A DNA stretch of 64,000 bases from an uncultured Candidatus Saccharibacteria bacterium (GCA_964584895.1 CAZPAW010000003.1:35009-99008); one strand, 5' to 3'; shown: positions 56,250 through 64,000, counted from the first letter of the stretch. Numbers and translations are program-made. The notes: generated by a model from the sequence alone, not told the origin.

Positions 56250-57011
56250 TTACCTTTCACCCACCCATTTATTAATTTCTTTTGCTAACTGCTTATAGCT
56301 TCTCGCACCTTTAGACCACTTGTCGTGCTCGTGGATCGTCTTACCGAAGCTAGGCGCTTCGGCCAATCTAACGTTTCTCGGAACAACAGTATCGAACAAT
56401 TTATCCCCAAAATGTTTTTTTAGCTCACCGTATACCTGCTCTGACAAAGCTGTTCGACTATCATACATTGTCGCCACAACCCCTAAGAGCTCAACTCTAG
56501 GATTTAGCCCCGCCCTAACACGTTGCAAAACAGTTAATAACTGAGACAATCCCTCTAATGCGTAATATTCGACTTGGACTGGTATTAAAACCCAATTTGA
56601 CGCTACTAATGCGTTTATCGTTAACAAACTGAGTGCGGGCGGACAATCAATTAACACATAATCATGTGCTATCTTTGAAAACGCCTCTTTTAACCTAAAC
56701 TCTCGTTTCGGTTCGTTCGCAAGGTTAATCTCAGCCGCCGCCAGTTTTTCATTGGCAGGCAACACACTGATACCCAACTTATCTATATCAATAATAGAAT
56801 CCTCGACTTTTGCCGATCCAAGAAGCACTTCATAAGAGGTAATTTTTTGATTCTTATCAAGCGCCAATCCACTGGTTGCATTACCTTGAGGATCTAGATC
56901 CACTAATAAAACACTATGGCCTAATTTCTGGAGGTATGATGCAACGTTAATGGCTGTAGTAGTTTTACCTACCCCGCCTTTCTGGTTTATTACTGAGATT
57001 ATTTGTGTCAA
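56250..57011 (-). CDS. parA: Chromosome partitioning ATPase ParA (Soj)
   Basis: Deviant Walker A NQKGGVGKTTTAINV, and VLLVDLDPQGN. Confidence 0.9.
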   Translation of the reverse strand: MTQIISVINQKGGVGKTTTAINVASYLQKLGHSVLLVDLDPQGNATSGLALDKNQKITSYEVLLGSAKVEDSIIDIDKLGISVLPANEKLAAAEINLANEPKREFRLKEAFSKIAHDYVLIDCPPALSLLTINALVASNWVLIPVQVEYYALEGLSQLLTVLQRVRAGLNPRVELLGVVATMYDSRTALSEQVYGELKKHFGDKLFDTVVPRNVRLAEAPSFGKTIHEHDKWSKGARSYKQLAKEINKWVGER

Positions 57012-57057
57012 ACGATTCTTACCCTCTTTACTCTAGATAAAGATTAACATTTTAACT

Positions 57058-57078
57058 ATTTCACGGCAACGTGAAAAT
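57058..57078. repeat. Inverted repeat resembling split parS half-sites (or an RNA hairpin with a GNRA loop)
   Basis: ATTTCACG-GCAA-CGTGAAAAT lies 47 bp upstream of the parA start. The arms resemble canonical parS halves (TGTTTCAC / GTGAAACA) but are separated by extra bases. Confidence 0.3.
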
Positions 57079-57147
57079 ATGTCGGACAAGAACAGTCTCG
57101 TAGAATTTATATAGTATTATAAGGCTAGTATTACAATACTAGGATTG

Positions 57148-57459
57148 TTAAGCTATTTTATTTATCTTTATCTGAGTGTATTGTTGGCGATGCCCACGCA
57201 CTTTATTGACCCGTTTTTTAGCTTTATATCGAATTGCTGTGACTTTTTCGCCTTTTACTAGTTGTTCGATAACTGTGGTCGAAACTTTAACGCCTTTTAC
57301 TTCTGGAGTTCCTACCGAGATCTTATCACCATCAATTACAAGAATAGGCGTAAAATCTAAGCTTTTTTGTTCATCCGATAAGTGATCGATGTTAATAGTT
57401 TCACCTTCAGTGACAAGGTATTGTTTTCCGCCTGATTTAATTACTGCTTTTTTCATCAT
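57148..57459 (-). CDS. rplU: 50S ribosomal protein L21
   Basis: MKKAVIKSGGKQYLVTEGETI is typical of L21, with a basic C-terminus. Confidence 0.9.
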   Translation of the reverse strand: MMKKAVIKSGGKQYLVTEGETINIDHLSDEQKSLDFTPILVIDGDKISVGTPEVKGVKVSTTVIEQLVKGEKVTAIRYKAKKRVNKVRGHRQQYTQIKINKIA

Positions 57460-57460
57460 T

Positions 57461-57517
57461 CCTCTGTTTATATGACTTAATTACTCACATGATACTAACA
57501 GAGAAGTACTCCTCTGT
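57461..57517 (-). promoter_or_regulatory. rplU leader with a duplicated ACAGAGG element competing for one CUCUGU
   Basis: The minus-strand RNA reads ACAGAGG(57517-57511)-AGUACUU-CUCUGU(57503-57498)...ACAGAGG(57467-57461)-AAUG-AUG. The second ACAGAGG is the only SD-like sequence before the start codon. Confidence 0.3.
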
Positions 57518-57632
57518 AAACCCTGTAGTGAGTTTCTAGACCGTCTCGACTACGTGACCAAAATACTAACCACCACTTATATACACATTGTCATTCACAC
57601 TAGAAAGCCTACTACGGGGTAAAGTATCGACT

Positions 57633-60554
57633 TTAGGCTTTTTGCAAGTTTATTGTAAGCTCGGCTCCTTCTAAAGTTGTAACTTCTGTGTATTTTAAAG
57701 TCTTTAATTCGCTAAGTAATGTAGTCGCAAGTGTCTCGGTCGCAATAGTCGTCTTGTACTCTTTTATAGCCTGTAAGACTTCCTTGTCGTTTGAAACAAG
57801 AGAAAGTTCGATTCTATCATCAACATTCAATCCAGCCTTTTTACGAGCATTTTGTACGTGTCGCACAATCTCACGCATTATGCCTTCACGTTTTAACGCA
57901 GGGGTTATCTTAGTATCTAGATTAATGATTAACTCATCTCCATCGGTCGTCCAACTAACTTCATGTATATTCAACTCATCCAATACAATGCCAACTAATT
58001 GATGTCTTTCTTTTTGGGACCAAGGCGCTCCACTTACGACAAGTTTTTCTAACGGTTGTCTAACTTTTATTTTTGCATGAGCCCTCTGAGCAAGTCCCTC
58101 ATTTATCAACGTTCGGACAAAATTCATCTCATCAATAAGACTAGTATCTGCCTTTTTTGCCTTTGGCCAATCGCTAAGATGAACTGATACGGGCAATGAG
58201 GTGCCAGTTGTCAACTCGCGCCACAAATAGTCGCTCAGAAACGGCGCCCATGGTGCTAATAGCTGGCAAAGACGAACTAACACAAACCATAGTGTCTCAT
58301 AGGCCTGATTCTTATCACTATCGTCTTCGCTCTTCCAGAAACGACGACGAGAACGACGAATAAACCAATTACTCATATCGTCTATTAGCACAAAGATAGG
58401 CTGAATAGCATGGGCAATTTTGTAGTCATCAGCACGACGAGTTGATTCCGTAATCGTTTCATTTAGGCGCGCAAAGATCCACTGGTCGAGCACATTGGCA
58501 CTTTGAGGTTGTTCACCAGGGTGGGCAGGATGCCAATCATCAATATCAGCATACATCTTAAAGAAGCGATAGGAATTCATAAGGGTACCTAGCACATTAC
58601 GGTTGAGGTCTTTTAGGGCGGTTCGATCAAAACGCATGTAATCAGCTACCTGGGTGGCTTGAGTACTAGAGAGCAAGAACAAACGCAGTGAATCAGCTCC
58701 TTCATCCTCAAACACATCTTCTACAGGGGGATAATTCTTGAGGCGCTTGGATAGCTTTTGACCATCAGCGGCCATAATCATACCGTTCACTACCACATTT
58801 TTATAGGCCGGTCGATCAAATAAGATCGTATTAACAACATGCTGCACATAAAACCAAAGACGCGTTTGATCCAACCCCTCGATAATAAAGTCGGCTGGGA
58901 AACTCTTTTCAAACGTCTCCTTGTTTTCGAATGGATAATGCTGCTGGCCAATGCTCATACACCCAGATTCGAACCAACAATCGATGACCTCTTCCACGCG
59001 GCGATAGGTTTTACCATCCTTCTTAATGACGACGTCATCAACTTTAGGACGGTGAACGTCTGATAGATCAAGGTCAGCCTGGCCGGCTAGTTGACGTAAT
59101 TGATCATAGCTCTCAATAACAATATAGTCGTCTTCGTCCTGCTCGTTCACCCAGACAGGCATAGGAGCACCCCAATAACGATTGCGTGATACTGCCCAGT
59201 CACGCGCCCCTTCCAGCCACTTTCCAAAACGCCCAGCTTTAATATGATCGGGTACCCAGTTGATTTCTTCTGCCGTCTTGATCAGTTGATCGCGAATGGA
59301 AGAAACCTTAATAAACCAGCTAGAGATAGCGTAGTACATCAGTGGTGTTTCGCAACGCCAACAGAAAGGATAGGTGTGAGTAAAGGTTAAGGCCGCATAA
59401 ACTCGATTTTTCTGGGTCAGATGTTCAATGATAAGCTTATCCGCCCCTTTGAAGAACTTACCCTCTACCTCATCAAAGCCGATACCGCCGATAACCTTAC
59501 CGCTGGCATCGATTGTTTTGAGCACAGGAATATTGTTCGCTTGACCAAGATTGAGGTCGTCCTCACCAAAAGCTGGCGCGACGTGCAAGATGCCACTTCC
59601 GTCATCAATACTGACAAAATCGGCTGCCCATAACTTGTAGAGATTCTCTTTACCTTCAGCGGTCTTGGCTTGCTCGACATCAAATAAGGGCTCGTAAGTT
59701 AAGCCCACTAAATCACGCCCATGAACCTCTTTTTCAACCTGATAATCGTCGCTAGCTAAAGCTTCGAGGCGTTTTTGGGCTAGAACCAGTACTTCTTCCA
59801 CCCCGTCGTCATCTTTTAAGCGTACATAAACGTACTTCTCTTCTGGATTAACAGCAATAGCAGCATTACCCGGCAATGACCAAGGTGTTGTAGTCCAACC
59901 CAATAAAAAGGCCTCTTGATCGACCAGTTTAAACTTTATGAATAAACTTGGATCTGGCACGTTGTCCTTGTAGCCATCATTTACCTCAAAGTTAGATAAC
60001 GGCGTTTCGCAACGCGGACAATAGGCAGTACTCTTGAAACCTCTATAGAGTAGACCCTTGTCATTGATCTGTGACATTGCCCACCAAACACTCTCGGTAT
60101 AACTATTATCGACTGTAGCATAATAGTGATCGTATTCACTCCAACGACCAAGGCGCTGTAATAAGACCTCCCACTCGCCTTTGTATTTAAAAATAGAGTC
60201 GCTGCAGGCATTGTTAAACTTCTCAAGACCTAACTCTAGAATCTGCTTTTTACCGCTGACACCAAACTCCTTTTCGATTGCAAACTCTACCGGGAGACCA
60301 TGGCAGTCCCAACCATTACGTCGTGGAACGTAAAAACCCTGCATGGTTTTATACCGCAACATTGAATCCTTAATACTAGTGACCAAACTATGTCCAAAGT
60401 GAGGTAAACCGTTGGCAAAAGGTGGACCATCGTAGAAACTGAAGTACGGTTTGCCTTGTCGCTGCTTGATACTTTGCTGAAATGTACCTTCTTTCTGCCA
60501 GGTCGCCAGCATATTCTCTTCGATAATCGCCAGATTTGATTTCTTTTCCGCCAT
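57633..60554 (-). CDS. ileS: Isoleucine--tRNA ligase, type 2 (eukaryote-like) signature
   Basis: HIGH region PPFANGLPHFGH and KMSKS region KLSKRLKNYPP. 973 aa, and I saw no C-terminal Zn-ribbon of the type 1 enzyme. Confidence 0.95.
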   Translation of the reverse strand: MAEKKSNLAIIEENMLATWQKEGTFQQSIKQRQGKPYFSFYDGPPFANGLPHFGHSLVTSIKDSMLRYKTMQGFYVPRRNGWDCHGLPVEFAIEKEFGVSGKKQILELGLEKFNNACSDSIFKYKGEWEVLLQRLGRWSEYDHYYATVDNSYTESVWWAMSQINDKGLLYRGFKSTAYCPRCETPLSNFEVNDGYKDNVPDPSLFIKFKLVDQEAFLLGWTTTPWSLPGNAAIAVNPEEKYVYVRLKDDDGVEEVLVLAQKRLEALASDDYQVEKEVHGRDLVGLTYEPLFDVEQAKTAEGKENLYKLWAADFVSIDDGSGILHVAPAFGEDDLNLGQANNIPVLKTIDASGKVIGGIGFDEVEGKFFKGADKLIIEHLTQKNRVYAALTFTHTYPFCWRCETPLMYYAISSWFIKVSSIRDQLIKTAEEINWVPDHIKAGRFGKWLEGARDWAVSRNRYWGAPMPVWVNEQDEDDYIVIESYDQLRQLAGQADLDLSDVHRPKVDDVVIKKDGKTYRRVEEVIDCWFESGCMSIGQQHYPFENKETFEKSFPADFIIEGLDQTRLWFYVQHVVNTILFDRPAYKNVVVNGMIMAADGQKLSKRLKNYPPVEDVFEDEGADSLRLFLLSSTQATQVADYMRFDRTALKDLNRNVLGTLMNSYRFFKMYADIDDWHPAHPGEQPQSANVLDQWIFARLNETITESTRRADDYKIAHAIQPIFVLIDDMSNWFIRRSRRRFWKSEDDSDKNQAYETLWFVLVRLCQLLAPWAPFLSDYLWRELTTGTSLPVSVHLSDWPKAKKADTSLIDEMNFVRTLINEGLAQRAHAKIKVRQPLEKLVVSGAPWSQKERHQLVGIVLDELNIHEVSWTTDGDELIINLDTKITPALKREGIMREIVRHVQNARKKAGLNVDDRIELSLVSNDKEVLQAIKEYKTTIATETLATTLLSELKTLKYTEVTTLEGAELTINLQKA

Positions 60555-60566
60555 AGAACTCCTTTA

Positions 60567-60775
60567 TAAAAACTAAAAACCTCAAAAGGTTTTTCTGGAT
60601 CCCTTGCACGGGAGGTACCATCCAGATTCCTTTGAGGTTATTTCTCAAAAGCACTTAGTTAATTGCTGTAACGGGCTTACCCGGCGAATTCTAGTCTTGC
60701 ATCAAAGCAATTTCTTTTCGCATCCGTTCAGTTATTGAACTGATTGTAGTTGATAGCTACTAATAACGGATATCT
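60567..60775 (-). promoter_or_regulatory. T-box-like tRNA(Ile)-sensing leader with an intrinsic terminator upstream of ileS
   Basis: On the minus strand, the hairpin GUAG-CUAUCAA-CUAC (60760-60746) displays AUC followed by A. The bulged helix UCUGGA-[UGGUACC]-UCCC-GUGCAA-GGGA-UCCAGA (60626-60594) has the canonical antiterminator architecture. It is enclosed by ACCUCAAAGG / CCUUUUGAGGU and followed by UUUUUAGUUUUU, then the AAGGAG SD and the AUG. Confidence 0.7.
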
Positions 60776-60800
60776 ACAGACAAATATACTCTATAAACCC

Positions 60801-61070
60801 CTATCGTTCAACAAGATAAGCAGATACTTCATCAATCAGTGGCATTGTCTCTGTAGCCACCCAACTACTGACTAATTGCCCACCATTATCCAGGGCAACA
60901 ACTGTTGGATAACTGACTATGTCATATAATTCAACTAGTTTAATGCCCTCTATTGAATCAACATCCAACAACTCTATAGCTCTTGACGTTCTACGTAAAA
61001 AATCTCGAGCATACTGTTCAACCATAGTCCCGTGTTCGGACTGGGGTCTATAAAGCACAACTACTTTCAT
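60801..61070 (-). CDS. Small thioredoxin/glutaredoxin-fold-like protein lacking any cysteine
   Basis: 89 aa with a beta-alpha-beta start (MKVVVLYRP), where SEHG sits at the usual CxxC position, and a cis-Pro-like motif (SYPTVVAL). It has no Cys residues. It lies immediately downstream of nrdJ. Confidence 0.5.
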   Translation of the reverse strand: MKVVVLYRPQSEHGTMVEQYARDFLRRTSRAIELLDVDSIEGIKLVELYDIVSYPTVVALDNGGQLVSSWVATETMPLIDEVSAYLVER

Positions 61071-61102
61071 AAACCCAGAATATCATCTCTAAAGACTATT
61101 AT

Positions 61103-63871
61103 CTAGCTACAGCCAGTGGTTGAGCCACACGAGGTGCAGACATAACAACTGCCTGAGCGTTGAGTTTGATTACCGCAGTTAAAACAAAGTGGTGCCGTAT
61201 CATCAGATGATGATTTTTCTACAACGACTTGTTCTGTTTCTTGTATGGTTATCTCTGTATTTTGTTCCATTACTGGCTCTTCAATTGTTGAACCAGTATC
61301 AACTTCTAAGGAGGTTTGAGCCTCTGGCATATCGTCAATCGAAGCCAATCCGAGCTCTAAACGATCATCGAACGACAGATACTCATTAGCCAATTTCTTA
61401 GCAATGTAGTCTATTAGTGAAGTAGCCGTTCGAATTTCTGGATCGTCAGTTATTCCCGACGGCGCAAAGGACATACTTGTAAATGATTTTACATAATCCT
61501 TTAGAGGTACGCCAAACTGCAGTCCATGACTAACACTTATCGCAAAGGCATCCATAATACCTCGTAGGGTTGAGCCTTGCTTACTGACATTAACAAATAT
61601 TTCGCCGGCGGTACCGTCTTCGTATTCTCCAACCGTCATATAGCCATGGCTATCTGCGACTCTAAACGAAAAGGTTTTGGCTGTCCTTGTTCTAGGCAAA
61701 CTTTTTCGGTGAGCCCCACCTTTAAGAACAAATTTATCTTCAATCGAAGCTGTAATTGTCGTAGTCACATCTGGTGCTTTTTCTTTACCGGCTTTTTTGG
61801 CCATCGCAAGTGGTTGTCCTACTTTACAGTTATCTCTATAGACTGCTACAGCCTTGAGACCGAGTTTCCATGATTCGATATGTAATTGTTCAATAGCTTC
61901 AACGTCTGCTTCCTCTGGCATGTTAACCGTCTTACTGATCGCCCCTGACAAGAATGGCTGGACTGCACCCATCATCTTTACGTGCCCCATATAGTGAATA
62001 GCATTGTCACCCATAGAACAAGCAAACACATTTACATGCTCGGCTTTTAGATGTGGCGCACCAATAATTGTCTTCTCTACGTCTACATACCCTACGATGT
62101 CATCGATTTGTTGCTTAGAGTAGCCCATAGCGTTAAGCGCACGAGGTACTGTCTGATTAACAATATGCATTGTTCCACCACCGACCAACTTCTTAACCTT
62201 AACAAGTCCAAGATCTGGCTCAATACCGGTCGTGTCGCAGTCCATCATCAGTCCAATTGTGCCCGTAGGAGCCAATACGCTAGCCTGTGAGTTGCGTACA
62301 CCATGAATTTCAGATAATTGGACTGCTTCGTCCCAAGAATGCGCTGCGGCGCTTAAAAGCTCTTCAGACACCAAGCTTGCATCAATCTTTGATACTTCCT
62401 GCCTATGCATTCCAATAACTTTGAGCATTCCTTCCCTATCTTTTCTAAACCCAGAGAAAGTACCAACCCGCTCAGCAATCTTTGCACTTGTCGCGTATGC
62501 ATGCCCTGTCATTAAAGCAGTGATCGCGGCAGCTTGCGCTCGACCTTCATCAGAATCATAGGGCAAACCTTGAGCCATTAGTAATGCACCGAGATTTGCG
62601 TATCCTAGCCCTAACTCTCGGTAAGCCCGAGCATTTTTTCCTATGCTTTCAGTTGGATACTCTGAATACCCGACGAGAATTTCTTGTGCCGTAAAGATTA
62701 ACTCGACAGTATGTTTAAAAGCTTCAACATCGAAAGTATTATCGTCCCGCAAATACTTCAACAAATTTATTGACGCAAGGTTACAAGCTGAATTATCTAA
62801 ATGCATGTATTCGCTACATGGGTTAGATGCATTTATTCGGCCGGCGTTCGGGCAAGTGTGCCACTTGTTTATCGTCGTATCAAACTGCATGCCAGGATCA
62901 GCACACTCCCAAGCTGCCTCATTAAGTTGTCTAAAAAGTGCTCTAGCTTTTACTGTCTTAACAGTCTTGCCAGTCTTAACTTCTTTGAGATCCCAGTCTG
63001 CGTCATTTTCTACAGCATGCATAAAATCATCCGTAACCCGCACCGAATTATTGGCATTTTGGTACTGTACAGAGAACGAGTCTTTACCATCTAGACTCAT
63101 ATCAAATCCATTCTCTTCTAAAACTCGCGCTTTACGCTCTTCAATAGCTTTACACCAAATAAACTCTTCAATATCCGGATGATCAATGTTAAGTATCACC
63201 ATCTTTGCAGCTCGGCGCGTTTTTCCGCCACTTTTTATTGCTCCGGCCGAAGCATCAGCCCCTCTCATAAAACTTAACGGGCCACTTGCCGTGCCGGCAC
63301 TTTTTCCTAGTTTTTCTACCGACGATCTGATACCGCTAAGGTTAATTCCTGAGCCTGAACCACCCTTAAAAATCATCCCTTCTTCTTTATACCAATTCAA
63401 TATTGCAGGCATCGTGTCTTCAATACCTAAAATAAAACAAGCGCTAGCCTGCTGCGAGCGACTTGGAGCGCCAATATTAAACCATACTGGAGAATTAAAT
63501 GCCGCCCGTTGAGTAGCGAGGATGTACTTTAGCTCTTCAGAGAATATAGTAGCCTCTTGTTCTGATTCAAAATAATCTTCACTTAAGCCGTGCCTAGTGA
63601 TTGTATCGACTACTCTATCAATTAAATCTCTAAGTGAACTCTCACGCTCATCTGTTCCGGGCGTTCCAGTAAAGTACTTTTGAGCCACAATATTTACAGA
63701 GTTAAGAGACCAACTTTCTGGAAAATCTACACCTTTTTGTTCAAAAACTGGCTCATTAGTAAAAGGATTTGCGATTAATGAATCCCTTTTTACCCACTTC
63801 AACTGATCATACGCGCTTTTTTTAGGTTGCGTAAATAACCTTTCAACCCTTAAGCTGGTTGCTTGACTCAT
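61103..63871 (-). CDS. nrdJ: Class II (adenosylcobalamin-dependent) ribonucleotide reductase NrdJ with a Cys-rich C-terminal tail
   Basis: 922 aa. Active-site block SNPCSEYMHLDNSACNLASINL, the N-terminal VERLFT... region typical of long NrdJ, and a C-terminal CFNCGNQTQRSGSCYVCTSCGSTTGCS. Confidence 0.9.
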   Translation of the reverse strand: MSQATSLRVERLFTQPKKSAYDQLKWVKRDSLIANPFTNEPVFEQKGVDFPESWSLNSVNIVAQKYFTGTPGTDERESSLRDLIDRVVDTITRHGLSEDYFESEQEATIFSEELKYILATQRAAFNSPVWFNIGAPSRSQQASACFILGIEDTMPAILNWYKEEGMIFKGGSGSGINLSGIRSSVEKLGKSAGTASGPLSFMRGADASAGAIKSGGKTRRAAKMVILNIDHPDIEEFIWCKAIEERKARVLEENGFDMSLDGKDSFSVQYQNANNSVRVTDDFMHAVENDADWDLKEVKTGKTVKTVKARALFRQLNEAAWECADPGMQFDTTINKWHTCPNAGRINASNPCSEYMHLDNSACNLASINLLKYLRDDNTFDVEAFKHTVELIFTAQEILVGYSEYPTESIGKNARAYRELGLGYANLGALLMAQGLPYDSDEGRAQAAAITALMTGHAYATSAKIAERVGTFSGFRKDREGMLKVIGMHRQEVSKIDASLVSEELLSAAAHSWDEAVQLSEIHGVRNSQASVLAPTGTIGLMMDCDTTGIEPDLGLVKVKKLVGGGTMHIVNQTVPRALNAMGYSKQQIDDIVGYVDVEKTIIGAPHLKAEHVNVFACSMGDNAIHYMGHVKMMGAVQPFLSGAISKTVNMPEEADVEAIEQLHIESWKLGLKAVAVYRDNCKVGQPLAMAKKAGKEKAPDVTTTITASIEDKFVLKGGAHRKSLPRTRTAKTFSFRVADSHGYMTVGEYEDGTAGEIFVNVSKQGSTLRGIMDAFAISVSHGLQFGVPLKDYVKSFTSMSFAPSGITDDPEIRTATSLIDYIAKKLANEYLSFDDRLELGLASIDDMPEAQTSLEVDTGSTIEEPVMEQNTEITIQETEQVVVEKSSSDDTAPLCFNCGNQTQRSGSCYVCTSCGSTTGCS

Positions 63872-64000
63872 AATTTTACCCTCACTTTTATATTTTTTTA
63901 ATATTGTTTAGTTTTTGTTTAGAGTTCTTTTACATCTACTCGGTAGTAACACCTCCCCGGTTGTGATATAAAATAGCTCTCTAGAATACTGCATAGTCAG

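Noticed and set aside
58966-58975. GATTCGAACC, the reverse complement of a tRNA T-loop-like GGTTCGAATC
   Set aside because: It lies inside the ileS coding sequence, and the flanking sequence cannot form acceptor or T stems. I found no tRNA in any intergenic gap.
60388-60654. 88-aa minus-strand ORF overlapping the ileS 5' end and leader
   Set aside because: It is out of frame with ileS and runs through the terminator and T-box helices. The region is better explained as a structured leader RNA.
62643-63512. Several plus-strand ORFs (179, 97 and 108 aa) inside nrdJ
   Set aside because: They are antisense to a highly conserved RNR gene. Their length is explained by a scarcity of stop codons in that antisense frame. 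No motifs were seen.
63872-64000. Possible NrdR box or cobalamin riboswitch upstream of nrdJ
   Set aside because: TTTTATATCACAAC only weakly resembles the NrdR palindrome, and no B12-box was seen. The region is truncated by the window edge, so no call is possible.
1-64000. CRISPR arrays, transposases or integrases, prophage genes, and rRNA or tRNA genes
   Set aside because: No regularly spaced direct repeats, no recombinase- or transposase-like ORFs and no rRNA-like conserved segments were seen. All gaps longer than 100 bp were read on both strands.

Overview
This is an AT-rich, gene-dense bacterial chromosomal segment with about 65 coding loci. About 59 are on the minus strand, many have 1-4 nt overlaps, and no rRNA, tRNA, CRISPR array or mobile element was found. 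Content is almost entirely housekeeping. From left to right: a compact dcw cluster (mraZ-rsmH-ftsL-like-ftsI-ftsW-murG-ftsQ-like); a small accessory-looking stretch (GH1 glycosidase, AlkD-like repair protein, acidic orphan protein, NYN RNase, Pif1-like helicase, secreted PG-binding protein, HExxH/CYTH pair); glyQS, recO and xseAB; pyrG; ctp, a PcsB-like CHAP hydrolase, ftsX and ftsE; prfB, secA and hpf; serS, lysS, greA and proS; rseP, uppS, frr, tsf and rpsB; rpmE, prfA and prmC; htrA, an LCP protein and lepB; parAB; rplU; ileS; and a class II ribonucleotide reductase. The reduced clusters (no pyrH, cdsA or dxr, and no mur ligases or mraY in the dcw block), the Firmicute-like synteny and monoderm-type wall genes suggest a reduced-genome monoderm lineage such as Patescibacteria/CPR, possibly Saccharibacteria-like. 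That placement is inference only, since no database was consulted. The standard genetic code applies: RF1 and RF2 are both present and TGA is used as a stop. The most interesting items are: (1) a heliorhodopsin gene with no retinal-synthesis genes in the window; (2) an ileS T-box-like leader with the Ile codon in a terminal loop and a canonical UGGNACC bulged helix nested inside the terminator; (3) a degenerate histidine kinase / receiver pair with Glu at both phospho-acceptor positions; (4) a phased four-box GTGGG array overlapping the mraZ promoter; (5) repeat-competition leaders upstream of glyQS and rplU; (6) a HAD hydrolase broken by a 1-nt deletion in a homopolymer. All protein calls rest on motifs I recognised in the supplied translations. 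No searches were run.
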